NCBI GenBank assembly: GCA_964542475.1
Contig: CAZIUL010000003.1
Location: 19,826-83,825 of the forward strand
From: an uncultured Phycisphaerales bacterium
GTDB taxonomy: Bacteria; Planctomycetota; B15-G4; CAYZWU01
DNA: 64,000 nt
Reading direction: 5' to 3'
Shown here: one piece after another, positions 16,196-26,600 of the stretch
Numbering within the stretch: position 1 is the first letter of the stretch
Layout of the letters: each line of letters begins with the position of its first letter
The notes under the pieces: model-generated
What the model saw: the letters and a program-made list of their open reading frames with translations, nothing else
Databases searched by the model: none
What the model was told of the DNA's origin: nothing
Program-made: the position numbers and the translations under genes

Positions 16196-17209
16196 ATGAT
16201 ACCTTTCCTTCTCGACCACATTCACACGAACTTCGACAGCCTCTTCCCGGGTAAGAAAGAGCCCCCTTCCCTCGTGCCCATAAAAGTGCCTGGAAAAACC
16301 GGGGCGGGCTCAAAGGTGAACGTCCTCGTGTTCGACGGAAAGGACGAACAGATGCTGGCTGCATGCGCATTTCCCCGTTCACCCGGGTCTGACGAAAGCA
16401 TCGCACAAGAGGCTGATAACCTTCTTAAGTTCCGGGAGGCGCTGAAACACGGCCCGGCCGCGGGCACGGTTCCCAGGGTCCTGTTCGACGGCGAAATCGA
16501 GGATGTGCGTGTCCTGATCCAGGAAGGAAAACCAGGGATCTCGCTCCAGCAGATCCTGGCTGCGGGCGCACCATACCGGAAACTGTTCATGATCTGCGGA
16601 GCCTGGCTTGCCGAGCTTCACGCCGCCACCACAACAGCCCGCGTGAAGGTTGCAAAGGAGCATCTCGATGCATGGCTTGTTCAACCCCTCGAGACCCTGA
16701 TCGAGAAGAACGCTTTTTTCGACGAAGCCCGGGCTGATAAAATGCGGCATTGGACAGCCGAAGCGGCCCGCGTCGTGAGCGGCCGGGAAATACCGATCTG
16801 CGGCCAGCACGGCGACTTCAACTCTCACAACATCCTGATCCACAGCCGCGGAATCGCTGTTATAGACTGGGAGGACGCGCTGTTTGAGTGCCCGCCGTTT
16901 CTGGACCTGAACCAGTTCATCATCTCAGGCGCTCATCAGCTCGACGCAAGCCTGAGCCCGTCCGAGAGCATGCGGCGTTTCGCGCTTTCCCGGGGCGCTT
17001 ACAGGAACACGGCACATGAAACGGCGTCCGCTTACTGCAAAAGGCTCGGGATCCACCCCGCCTTCCCCATGATGATGGCCCCGGCATGCATGATACATAT
17101 GGCGAACCTCTACACGGAAACACACAGGGCGCAAAAAACAGCGGCCGCTCACTGGATCGAACGGCTCGAAGTTTTCATCGAGAGGTGCGGCACAGGAGAA
17201 GCGTGGTGA
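16196..17209 (+). CDS. Aminoglycoside-phosphotransferase-like (APH/choline-kinase fold) phosphotransferase
   Basis: HGDFNSHNILI is the Brenner catalytic motif, and IDWEDA is the DxE/DFG-equivalent. Confidence 0.6.
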   Translation: MIPFLLDHIHTNFDSLFPGKKEPPSLVPIKVPGKTGAGSKVNVLVFDGKDEQMLAACAFPRSPGSDESIAQEADNLLKFREALKHGPAAGTVPRVLFDGEIEDVRVLIQEGKPGISLQQILAAGAPYRKLFMICGAWLAELHAATTTARVKVAKEHLDAWLVQPLETLIEKNAFFDEARADKMRHWTAEAARVVSGREIPICGQHGDFNSHNILIHSRGIAVIDWEDALFECPPFLDLNQFIISGAHQLDASLSPSESMRRFALSRGAYRNTAHETASAYCKRLGIHPAFPMMMAPACMIHMANLYTETHRAQKTAAAHWIERLEVFIERCGTGEAW

Positions 17210-17214
17210 AAAAA

Positions 17215-18729
17215 ATGAAGGCACCGTCCATGGAGCCCGATACCCTTCAAGGAAAGGGAAGAAAGAGCATCCCGTACGCTGCAATGGGTGTGCTCCTGGC
17301 CCGCGGTTTGAACTTCTTCTGCATCCTTTACATCGTGCACAACCTCTCCACGACCGACTGGGCGATCTACAGCCTGTTCCTGGGCATACTGGTTTACCTG
17401 AGCTTCTTCAGCAACCTTGGCATGTCCGGCACGCTCCAGAGGTTCATCCCGGAGTTCATGGCGGGAGGACACGCCGCTTCAGCAAGACGGGCCGCGGTGC
17501 GCGCTTTCGCGATTAGAAACATATTGATCCTGGCGCTTCTGACCGCAAGCCTGCTTCTTTTCAAGCCCCTGGGTGCTTTTCTCAATGTGTCCGAGGAGTA
17601 CTTCACTCCCTACGTAATATTCGCCCTGGCCATATTCAGCTTTGCCGTCACCGAAGTGCTGACCGTATCGATGAACGCGGTGTTTTATCACAAGTGGGTG
17701 GCCTTGTCCCAGGTCGCGCTCTTCTTGTGCAAAGCTTTGGGGCTGGTATGGATCTTCCGGTCCGGGTACGGCCTGATCGGCGTGGTTTCCGTGGAAGCAG
17801 GCTCCACAGCCCTGTCGATGATCATCCTCTTTGCGGTCTTCCTGGTCCGGATGCCGGGCAGGAGCCTGAAGGATGACGGTGCCCTGAAAAAACGGCTTCC
17901 TCGCATGGCGAGGTTCACCGGCTTCAACCTCGTGTTCGGCACAGGAAACCTGTTTCTCGAGCCTGCCACGGCCCTGATCATAATCTCTCACTTTCTCGAC
18001 AAGGTCGAGCTGGGGCTTTATGCGTTTGCCGTGCGCATGAACGTGCTTGCATTCAACGTTCTACCGACAATGGTGCTGCAGAGTGTGGTGCGGCCCCTGT
18101 TCTATACGAAATATTCCGAAAAGAGAGACTACGCGGTCCTGGACCGGATGTTCAGGACGCTTGTGCACCTCAACGTTCTCGTTCTCGCCCCCATGTTCGC
18201 GGCGTTTTTCCTGTTTGGAGAAAGCCTGGTCAGGATGTTGAAGCCGGAAATGTGCCCCGCCTTCACCCTGCTGCTGATTTTAGCCTTTTTCAACCTGCTG
18301 CGCCTGACAGAGCTTCCCGCCGACCTTGTGCTTCAATCACTTGAGCGCGTGGACATTCACTGCTACTCAAGGATCTTCTCCCTGGCGGGAGTGATCGGAA
18401 GCGTGCTGACCATAGAGCTCTGGGGAACAGCCGGGGTTGCCGTGATCTTCGGGCTCGGCATGCTCGCAAAAAACCTGTTCATGTACTTGTTCGCAAAAAG
18501 GTACGCGAAGCTCGGAATCGGGTGGGGCTCCATCGCGCGGGTGCTGATAAACACGGGCCTTGCCGCTGCCTGCTCCCTGCCCTTCAGAGGCGACGGGGCG
18601 GGCGCTTTCCTCGGGATCGGTGTCTTCTGCGCAGCCTATCTCGCGGTGTCCGTAATCCACCGGACCTTCAGCGCCGAACAGAGAACCGCCCTGAAATCTA
18701 TTGCACCGCGTTTGAGTTTCATGTTGTGA
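17215..18729 (+). CDS. wzx: Polysaccharide flippase (Wzx / MOP-superfamily polysaccharide biosynthesis protein)
   Basis: It has ~12 predicted hydrophobic helices and a Polysacc_synt-like N-terminus. I chose the start at MKAPS (17215); the ORF-track start is upstream inside the preceding gene. Confidence 0.6.
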   Translation: MKAPSMEPDTLQGKGRKSIPYAAMGVLLARGLNFFCILYIVHNLSTTDWAIYSLFLGILVYLSFFSNLGMSGTLQRFIPEFMAGGHAASARRAAVRAFAIRNILILALLTASLLLFKPLGAFLNVSEEYFTPYVIFALAIFSFAVTEVLTVSMNAVFYHKWVALSQVALFLCKALGLVWIFRSGYGLIGVVSVEAGSTALSMIILFAVFLVRMPGRSLKDDGALKKRLPRMARFTGFNLVFGTGNLFLEPATALIIISHFLDKVELGLYAFAVRMNVLAFNVLPTMVLQSVVRPLFYTKYSEKRDYAVLDRMFRTLVHLNVLVLAPMFAAFFLFGESLVRMLKPEMCPAFTLLLILAFFNLLRLTELPADLVLQSLERVDIHCYSRIFSLAGVIGSVLTIELWGTAGVAVIFGLGMLAKNLFMYLFAKRYAKLGIGWGSIARVLINTGLAAACSLPFRGDGAGAFLGIGVFCAAYLAVSVIHRTFSAEQRTALKSIAPRLSFML

Positions 18730-18739
18730 AGGGAAACAG

Positions 18740-19885
18740 ATGCGCATCCTCTACCTGAACGATGTTGTGGCTGACAGGGACGTCCACGTGACCAGCCGCT
18801 ATCAGATCAGCAGAAGCCTGGAAAAGCTGGGGCACAAGGTCAGGTGCACGCTTTTCTTCGAGGAAAAAATACCTGATGTCGCGGGTCTTCCCCTGGCGCG
18901 TTTCGTTCGGATGAAAGGCGGAAAGCGGTACTCGCCGCTCTTCAAGATGTGGAGCGCGGCAGGGGCGATCCTTTTCAGCAGGGCGGACGTGGTGCTGTAC
19001 GAGCCGAGCTTCTGGCCGGCGGCGGCAGTGAAAACAGCGCTGAGCTTCGGCCGCAAGCGCATGATCATGGACATCAGGAGCGTGCCCGTGGATGTGGAAT
19101 CAGGGCTGAAGGGGAAGCTTAGAGCGCTGCACTACCGCCTTGCGCTGAAAGCGGCGGCCCGGCTTTCACACGGCCTCACCGTGATCACTCCCGGCCTTCG
19201 GACCGAGGTCTGCTCCGCGCTCGGCCTGAACGAGTCAAGAGTGGGCACATGGAGCTCCGGGGTTGACATGAAACATTTCCTTTCCAAAAGGCCCGCGGGA
19301 ACACCTTCAGGGAACGGCTTCGATCTCTGCGCGGCCTACCACGGTGTTATCAGCCGCACGCGCGGTCTGCAGGAGGTGGTTCCCGCGATCAGGATGCTGA
19401 AGGATGAGGGTATAAAGGTCCGTCTCCTCCTGATAGGCGATGGACCGGCCGGAAAAGAGCTTGCGGCGCTTGCCTCCTCCGAGGGAGTGGAAGAACAGGT
19501 GGTTTTCGCTGGAAAGGTCCCTTACGACGATGTTCCCGGAATGATCGATCAATGCGATATCGGAGTCGTGCCGCTTCCGGATTGCCAGGGCTGGCGGGTC
19601 TCGAGCCCGCTGAAGCTCATGGAGTACAGCGCCATGGCAAGACCCGTTATCGTAAGCCCTATTGAAGCTCACAAGCAGGTGCTCGGCACCTCGAACGGCG
19701 CCTTTTACCTGGACGATGTGTCCGGCTGGAGCATTGCCGCCGCCCTGAAAACCGCGCTCTCGAAAAAAGACTCGCTTGCCGGTCTTGGCCTGGAAAACCG
19801 GCGGATCGTGGAGCAAGGCTACTCGTGGGATGCGCAGGCGGAGAAGCTGCAGGATTACATGTTGAGAATGAAAGCTACCCGATGA
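18740..19885 (+). CDS. Glycosyltransferase family 1
   Basis: 381 aa with GT-B architecture. The C-terminal region (VPYDDVPGMIDQCDIGVVP...) is typical of GT4. Confidence 0.65.
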   Translation: MRILYLNDVVADRDVHVTSRYQISRSLEKLGHKVRCTLFFEEKIPDVAGLPLARFVRMKGGKRYSPLFKMWSAAGAILFSRADVVLYEPSFWPAAAVKTALSFGRKRMIMDIRSVPVDVESGLKGKLRALHYRLALKAAARLSHGLTVITPGLRTEVCSALGLNESRVGTWSSGVDMKHFLSKRPAGTPSGNGFDLCAAYHGVISRTRGLQEVVPAIRMLKDEGIKVRLLLIGDGPAGKELAALASSEGVEEQVVFAGKVPYDDVPGMIDQCDIGVVPLPDCQGWRVSSPLKLMEYSAMARPVIVSPIEAHKQVLGTSNGAFYLDDVSGWSIAAALKTALSKKDSLAGLGLENRRIVEQGYSWDAQAEKLQDYMLRMKATR

Positions 19886-21321
19886 TCACAGAACAGAAAA
19901 GGTTCCTTGCGGTTGCAGGGCTTTCGCTCGCGGCGGTTGTGCTTGCCGTCGGGCTTTTCGTGACGCCGCTTGCGAGCCTGGGGGTTTTCGCGCTCGTGTT
20001 CATGACAGCCGCGGGCCTCATCACAGCCCTTGCCTTGGTCAGGCCGATCTGGGTGCTTTACGCCGCCGTGGCGCTCCTTCCGGTCTGGAGCTCCTTCGAA
20101 ATCGGCAAGATCAACTTCTCGCCGTTCGAGCTCATGGTCATGTTTCTCTTTTTTGTGTGCCTTTTGCGGTGGTTGACCAGCGGGCACATCCAGGCCGCTC
20201 TTTTTTCCATGCCCAATCCGTGGATATGGCTCGTTGTTGCGTCGGCGTTCGCCGGCGCCCTGGCAGGGGCTCCCGATACGATAGAAGCGATTAACATCAT
20301 GAGAAAATCGCTGCTGCTCCCACTCGCCTTTTACATCGTGCTGGTCGCGCTGGTAAAAAAACACGAAACCGTTATCCGCCTGCTATGGGTGTTCGTGCTC
20401 GCGAACTCGGTCATCGCCGCTTATTCCGTGTACGTCTACTACCAGCTTTCCAGGCAGTTCAGGGCCGGATATTCTCTTACCAGCTCGGTCTTCCTTGGGA
20501 TTTCATGCACATGCGGGATAATTATCTGCTATAAGCTGCGCGGTGATACGGGGAGGTGGAAACGCCGGATGCTGGAGCTGCTTCTGCTCACCCAGTTCAT
20601 GTGCCTGATACTCACGTTCACCAGGGTCGCCATAATCTGCCTGCTGGCAATGCCTGTTATCTACTGGCTGCTCTTCAAAACGAAACACAGGCGTGTGCTT
20701 GCCGTTTCCGCCTGCGTGGTTGTCTCTCTCCTTCTCTTCGGAATGTGCTTTTCCATGGACATGGATTTCGTATCAATCGTATACGGTTCCGGCTCCAGGG
20801 AGGCGGAAAGGGTTGTGAATCCGGCCCAGTACCAGGACGACCTTTTTCTCAGGTTCGAGAACTGGTCTCTTGCTTTCGATGTTTTTCTGGACAGCCCGCT
20901 TTTCGGCCATGGTTTTTATCCGTTTTACAAGCTGGCTGACACGTGGCGGACCACCCGCCTCAGCCATCCTCACTCCATCATCTTCAACCTGCTTGTATCG
21001 AGCGGGCTTGTCGGGGCCATCGCGTTTCTTCTCTTTTTTGGAGCAGCGCTGCGCATGATCTGGCCCGCGTGCTTCGAGCGCGCCAGGGAATCCTCCCTTC
21101 AGAGGATCCTTTTTCTTTGCCTCTGGTGCATGGTGCTGGATGGTTTGATGAACGGGATCTTCATCTGGGTTCCAATTGCGTCGCTCTTCTTTTTCTTTCT
21201 GGGGCTCTGCCTGTCAATGAGCGTCATCGTTGCGGGAAAGCCCTTTACAAAGCTCGTTGAGAATCGAGAAACTCATGAAACCGATACGGATAGTGACGGT
21301 TGCCCCTACCCCGCACCTTGA
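19883..21321 (+). CDS. wzy: Wzy-like O-antigen polymerase/ligase family membrane protein
   Basis: It has ~11-12 hydrophobic segments with a large loop near the C-terminus. The ATG overlaps the preceding stop (ATGA), which suggests translational coupling. Confidence 0.5.
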
Positions 21322-22507
21322 CGGTCCGGGAAAGGTGATCCTCGGCATATTCAAGCACTTGGACAGGAGCCGGTTCGAGCCGGGCTTCGTTTCGATCATC
21401 AAGCGTCCCGAATCCGAGTGTTACCCTTCCATTGCAGGCGCGCTCGAGGATATGAAGATACCTTTCGAAAGCCTGGACATCAAAAAACCCGCGGACCTTC
21501 TGTCTCCTGTACCCATAGCCTCGTTTCTGAAACGGTTTCGCGCCGACGCGGTACACACCCACCTTGTCCGGGGAAACATCAACGGAAGGGTGGCCGCGCG
21601 CATGGCCGGTATTCGGTCCGTTATCAGCACGGTCCATTCCTCGAAGCAATGGATGGAGTCCCATCCGCTGCTCGAGTTCAGCGCCGGTGTGCTGGACAGG
21701 CTGACCGTCAGGCTTGCATCCGTTGTAGTGGCTGTTTCAGAGGAGGTGAAACAAAGCGTTGCAAGGCTCGGAGGATACAAAAAAAACAGCATCCTGGTGA
21801 TACCAAACGGCACCGACACCGAACGTTTCACTCCGTCGCGGTCGGGCCGCACAAAGGCAAGGCGGGAGATTGGAGTTTCGGAAAGCGATTTCGTGGTGGG
21901 ATTCGCGGGGAGGATCGATGTGGAAAAGAACCCTTTTCTCATGCTCGACGTGATGAAGCGCGTCTTCGAAAAGAGGGGCGCGGCAAAGCTCGTTATCGCG
22001 GGAGAGGGACGGTTGAGCGGCGAGCTGGCGGCCCTGGTTCGCAAATCCGGTCTTTCAGAAAAGGTGATCATGTTGGGGCAGCGCGCCGACATCCCGTCAC
22101 TGCTTTCCGGTTTCGATTCCTTCTTCATGCCGTCGAGATGGGAAGGCCATCCTCTTGCGCTCTGCGAGGCGATGTCAACCGGGCTTCCCTGCGTCGCAAC
22201 CCCGGTGGGGGGAACCTCGCTGATGGTCAGGCACGGCGCCAACGGCTTTCTCGTACCCGAAGATGATCGTGACGGAATGGTCGATGCTTTCCTGACGCTG
22301 ATCGACAACCCTGAAACGGCCGCAGCCGTGGGAAAAGAGGCGCGGGAAACCATACAAACCGGCTTTTCCGAGGAAGGCATGTCAAACAGGTACCAGGAGC
22401 TCTACAGCGTGTTTTGCAACCCGGCCGGTGAGGGGGGTACTAAAAAACGCGAACCGGTCGGCATCGGCACGGCAAAAGGGCGGAAAGTTGGGGCGGGAAA
22501 GGAGTAA
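21275..22507 (+). CDS. Glycosyltransferase family 1
   Basis: MKPIRIVTV at the N-terminus; RWEGHPLALCEAMSTGLPCVATPVGG is the typical GT4 E-x7-E region. Confidence 0.7.
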   Translation: MKPIRIVTVAPTPHLDGPGKVILGIFKHLDRSRFEPGFVSIIKRPESECYPSIAGALEDMKIPFESLDIKKPADLLSPVPIASFLKRFRADAVHTHLVRGNINGRVAARMAGIRSVISTVHSSKQWMESHPLLEFSAGVLDRLTVRLASVVVAVSEEVKQSVARLGGYKKNSILVIPNGTDTERFTPSRSGRTKARREIGVSESDFVVGFAGRIDVEKNPFLMLDVMKRVFEKRGAAKLVIAGEGRLSGELAALVRKSGLSEKVIMLGQRADIPSLLSGFDSFFMPSRWEGHPLALCEAMSTGLPCVATPVGGTSLMVRHGANGFLVPEDDRDGMVDAFLTLIDNPETAAAVGKEARETIQTGFSEEGMSNRYQELYSVFCNPAGEGGTKKREPVGIGTAKGRKVGAGKE

Positions 22508-22512
22508 CGCCC

Positions 22513-23457
22513 ATGAAGACAGCGGAAAAACAGAAATCCTCCCAGTTGGTTAACAGGGACAAGCTCCCCGGAACAGGGCCCGATATCTCGGTTGTGGTCG
22601 TGAGCTACAACGTGAAAGCGCTCCTGGCGGATTGCCTGAACTCGATCAGGGGATCGGGGGGAAACCTCGCTGTGGAGGTTTTCGTGGTGGACAATGCCTC
22701 GGATGACGGCTCTCCTTCCATGATAAAGAAACGGTTTCCCGAGTGCACCCTGATCGAGAGCCGAAAAAACCTCGGGTTCAGCGGGGCCAACAACCTCGGG
22801 CTCGCCCGCGCCCGGGGCAGGTATGTTCTTCTGCTGAATCCGGACACGGTTATCGAGCCGGACGTGTTCGAGAAGATGGCCGCTTACATGGATGCGAACC
22901 CCGAGACGGGCATGGTCACGTGCAGGCTGCTTACCGAAGACGGATCGCTCGATCTCGCGTGCAGGCGAAGCTTCCCGAGCCTGTGGGACGGTTTCTGCCG
23001 GGCAAGCGGTTTGAGCCGGCTCCTGCCCGTGAGCAGGCTGTTTTCGAAATACAACCTCACCTATCTCGACGCGGAAGAGATGTGCGAGGTCGAGGCGGTG
23101 AACGGGGCTTTCATGTTCGTTCGAAAGGAAGCGCTTCTGGAGGTCGGCCAGCTCGACGAGGATTACTTCATGTACATCGAAGATCTCGACTGGTGTTTCC
23201 GTTTCAGGAAAGCTGGGTGGAAGATCGCGTACAACCCTGAAGCCACGACCGTGCATCTGAAGGGACAGAGCGGGAAAAAACGGTCCGCCGACATGATCAA
23301 CAGGCTTTTCGAATCCACGGGGATCTTCTACAGGAAGCACTATTTCGCAGACATGAGCGCGCCCCACCGCATCCTGGTTCTTTTCTGTCTGGGCCTTTGG
23401 AAACGTGCGACCCTCATCAAGAACAGCCTCCGGAAAAACAAGCGAACCCGGCCCTGA
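22513..23457 (+). CDS. Glycosyltransferase family 2 (rhamnosyltransferase-like)
   Basis: Motifs present: ISVVVVSYN, VVDNASDDGS, LLNPDTVIEPD. Confidence 0.75.
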   Translation: MKTAEKQKSSQLVNRDKLPGTGPDISVVVVSYNVKALLADCLNSIRGSGGNLAVEVFVVDNASDDGSPSMIKKRFPECTLIESRKNLGFSGANNLGLARARGRYVLLLNPDTVIEPDVFEKMAAYMDANPETGMVTCRLLTEDGSLDLACRRSFPSLWDGFCRASGLSRLLPVSRLFSKYNLTYLDAEEMCEVEAVNGAFMFVRKEALLEVGQLDEDYFMYIEDLDWCFRFRKAGWKIAYNPEATTVHLKGQSGKKRSADMINRLFESTGIFYRKHYFADMSAPHRILVLFCLGLWKRATLIKNSLRKNKRTRP

Positions 23458-23466
23458 ATTACGGGG

Positions 23467-23610
23467 GAGCAGAGGGCGAATAATTTTTTCGCCCCTACGG
23501 CGCCGACGGAGCGGCGCCCTCCATTGTTCAACCGGCGCATACCGTTTCTTCTCTTACGGCGTCGACAAAGCGACGCCCTCCATGCCGCCTCTTCCCTGCG
23601 GCGCCCTCTA
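23467..23610. repeat. Composite REP-like element: family B hairpin (GGGCGAAtaattttTTCGCCC, 23474-23494) plus two family C hairpin-CTCCAT modules (23499-23524, 23558-23584)
   Basis: It lies between convergent operon ends. The second C module carries compensatory changes (GGCGTCG/CGACGCC versus GGCGCCG/CGGCGCC), so the stem is conserved. Confidence 0.65.
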
Positions 23611-23617
23611 TTCGCTG

Positions 23618-26600
23618 TCACATCTCCCCGACGGCGGTGAGAAAGAACGGATTTCCGCTTTCACAGGTGAAGTTTTTCATACCGTGTTTACGGGGTGTTG
23701 GGGTTACGAAACCGATCCTCATGTAGCTGGTCCGCGTGGGATCATTCGAAAGCTCTCTCGTTTCCACAACCACTTCTCCGAAGCACGGAAAATCCACGGG
23801 GTACGGCCTGTCCATGCTCTGTATCCGGTGGTCGTCCTGGAAAACAACGCGCCAGTTCTCGTCGCAGAAATGCACGATGGGGTGATAGTTTTCGAACATG
23901 CGGTCATTAAAAAGCCAGAAGTACTTTATCGACCAGGACGCGTCCTTGCCGGGCTTTGCGTTTTCCTCCCTCGAAAACGTCAGCCCCAGGAGCTTCACCT
24001 TTCCGCTGAAGCTGACGCTGCAGGGAATCTCCGGGGTGAGCATGTCCAGGCGCTTTTCAAACGGCATGCCTTCATCCCCGGGCCCACCGGCCTGCTCCGT
24101 ACCCATCCCCTGCTTTTCGAGACGAACAAGCCTTTTCAGCGATTCCAGGTGCATGGGCACGATGCTTACGGCCTTGCCGTAGGCATCCCATGCCTTTGCC
24201 ATCTCACCCTTCTTTTCGTATCCCCTCCCAAGATAATGCCAAAGCAGATGGCGCTGGCGCCAGGACGCTCCCATTTCCGCGTCACCCGACATGATCCCCT
24301 TCAATTTGCTCAGCCCCTCATCCACCCGGCCAGTAAGAACTAGGCCGGCACCGCGAACCAGCCCTGCGGCGAGAAGGTCCCTGCCATCCTTCAGGCGGAG
24401 CGAATCGAGCGTGTCCAGGATCCTTTCAAGGGTTTCGTTATCCAGGGAAGTGCTGTTGATGACCAGCCTGAACAACAGGTCGATTGTGCGGTTGCATGGA
24501 GGAGCGATATCCGCCAAGCCCGGAAGAGACGCGAGGTCGGCCGCTTCGATCAACAGCTCCTGGTTTTTGGGAAAATCGTTCAAGAGGTCGAGGCATATTT
24601 CCAACGATTCCTCGTGCCTGCCGGATTCCCTCAGCATCCTGGCCCTCGCGAGCGTTTTTGCCGCGCTTCCTTGCGCGTACTCGCTGTAGCTGGACACCTC
24701 GCGCGTGCGCTCGGCCCACTTCCCAAGGATAGCCAGGACACAGCTCCGTTTGCTTGACAGGTCGAGCAACACATCATCGCGGGCCTTTTCTTTCACACGT
24801 AAGCTTTGCCCTGCGAAAGCCGTCCCCTCGACATCACCGGCAACAATGCCCGGCATCCGAGCGACCAATGCGTCGGTGTTTCCGGCCCCGCCCCCTGATC
24901 CCTCAGGCGCCAGCAGCAGCTTTTTCGAAACATCCAGGCATGCAAGCACATCCTCCCAGTCCCCTGCTTCCCAGAGCTCCCGGATCAGCTTGTCGTAGGT
25001 AGGTATCGTCTTGGGCGTCACCTTGATCAGCGCTTCTCTGCCTCCCATCGCGGCAGGCACCAGAGCGTACACCTTCTCGGCATATTTCGAGTCGGAAAGC
25101 ATGGCGCGCCTGAAGCAGGAAACCGCAAAGCTCATCGCCTTGCCGCTGGGATCGCTCTGCCCCGAGGCAAAGCTCTCAGCGGTAAAAATCTTGCCTGCGT
25201 CGAAGAGCACGGCAGGCTTGCCGGGCGCAAGCACAATCGCGCTTTCAGCCTCTTTCATCGCCTCTTCGGTCGAACTCGACCCGTCGCCCGCTGCGCTGTT
25301 TGCCGCAACGAGCTGGGCCAGCACACTGGAGAGGTTGAGGTGATAACGCGCAATGTGGGGAGAAAGGGATATCGCTTCCCTCAAACACTCTTCAGCCTTT
25401 GTAAGCGCCGGCTTGCATTCGGCTCCCATGCGGGATTTAAGGCTTTCTGTCAGCGAGGCCACGACTTTTTCGAAACCGGCCGGGTCGCTCGTTTCGATGT
25501 CGTCACCAAGCAGGCCCCGGGTTGTTTTCACGGCCTTGTCCCGAAGGACGCTTTCAGCCGCCTTGACGCATGCGATCGAGCTGTAGAAACAGTATTCCGC
25601 GTTATGCGGGTCCAGCTCGATGGCCTTTTGCAGGCTCTCGCGCGGGCACGCATCCCCGCCATCGCCGGGCTCCAGAAAATGGTAGTCGCTGACCCTGCCC
25701 CTGAACTCCTCGCCGGCAAGAAAGCGGTTGAAATGGATATCCGCGAGGCCGGTGCCGGCGGCCCGGGCAGCGGGAAACCAGAACGCGGCCGCAGCGAGAA
25801 TAACCATTGCGCAGCCAAGAACCGGCGACCGGACCGGGATGTCGAAATACCTCGGCCTCTTCATTGTCCTGCCGTTCAAGGGAATGGTTGCCGACACACT
25901 CAAAAGCCCCAGGATCACCGTGAAGATGATCCCGTTGGATGTGATCTTGTATAGGTTGTAGTCGAAAAAGCTGTGAAGCAGCATCGAGCAGACGCCCATC
26001 ATGGAACCGATTGCCACCCAGCGGCAAAACCGATCCTGCCTGCGCGTGGTCCTTCTGAAAAGCAGGATCATTACCCAGGCAATTCCCGCGACCACGGCTG
26101 TTCCGCCGACTACGCCGAGCTCGCAAAAAACCTGAAGCCAGTCGTTGTGCAGGTAATCCGCGTACCTGTCGCCGAACCGTATGGACTGGAACCCCTCGAA
26201 CGCGCCCTCAAAAGTTCCAAGCCCCGTGCCTAGCAGGGGAAAGCTGCTTATCATGGTCAACGCCGATTGCCAGAGGTCGATCCTGTCCGCCATGGAGGAT
26301 GCCTGGCCCGAGGCTGCGTCTTCGATGCTGCTGATGACCATGCCTGCGCCAATGCCCGTGGCGATGCAGATTATCAGGGCAACGAACATCAAAAGCGCCA
26401 ACGTGTACTTTCTGAACCCGGAGGCCATGGAGAGCACAATCGCGAAGCCGGCCCAGGAGAGCACCGCGCAAACGATGCCCGCGCGGGAAAGCGAGAAAAA
26501 GACGGCAACCGTTACAAGCACCAGGCTGATGCCCAGAATGACCTGCCGGTGCGTTCCCGCGGCTGAAAACGCGTTCACGATCCTGGCCCTCATGGATGGG

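Noticed and set aside
21418-23367. ORFs 21418-22266 (+), 21421-22380 (-) and 22402-23367 (-)
   Set aside because: They are alternative frames or antisense of the GT1 and GT2 genes, with no motifs.
23474-23494. Family B hairpins as rho-independent terminators
   Set aside because: The GC-rich stem is present, but the T-run lies in the loop and is not a 3' U-tract. One copy also sits in a divergent promoter region, so I call them REP-like repeats rather than terminators.
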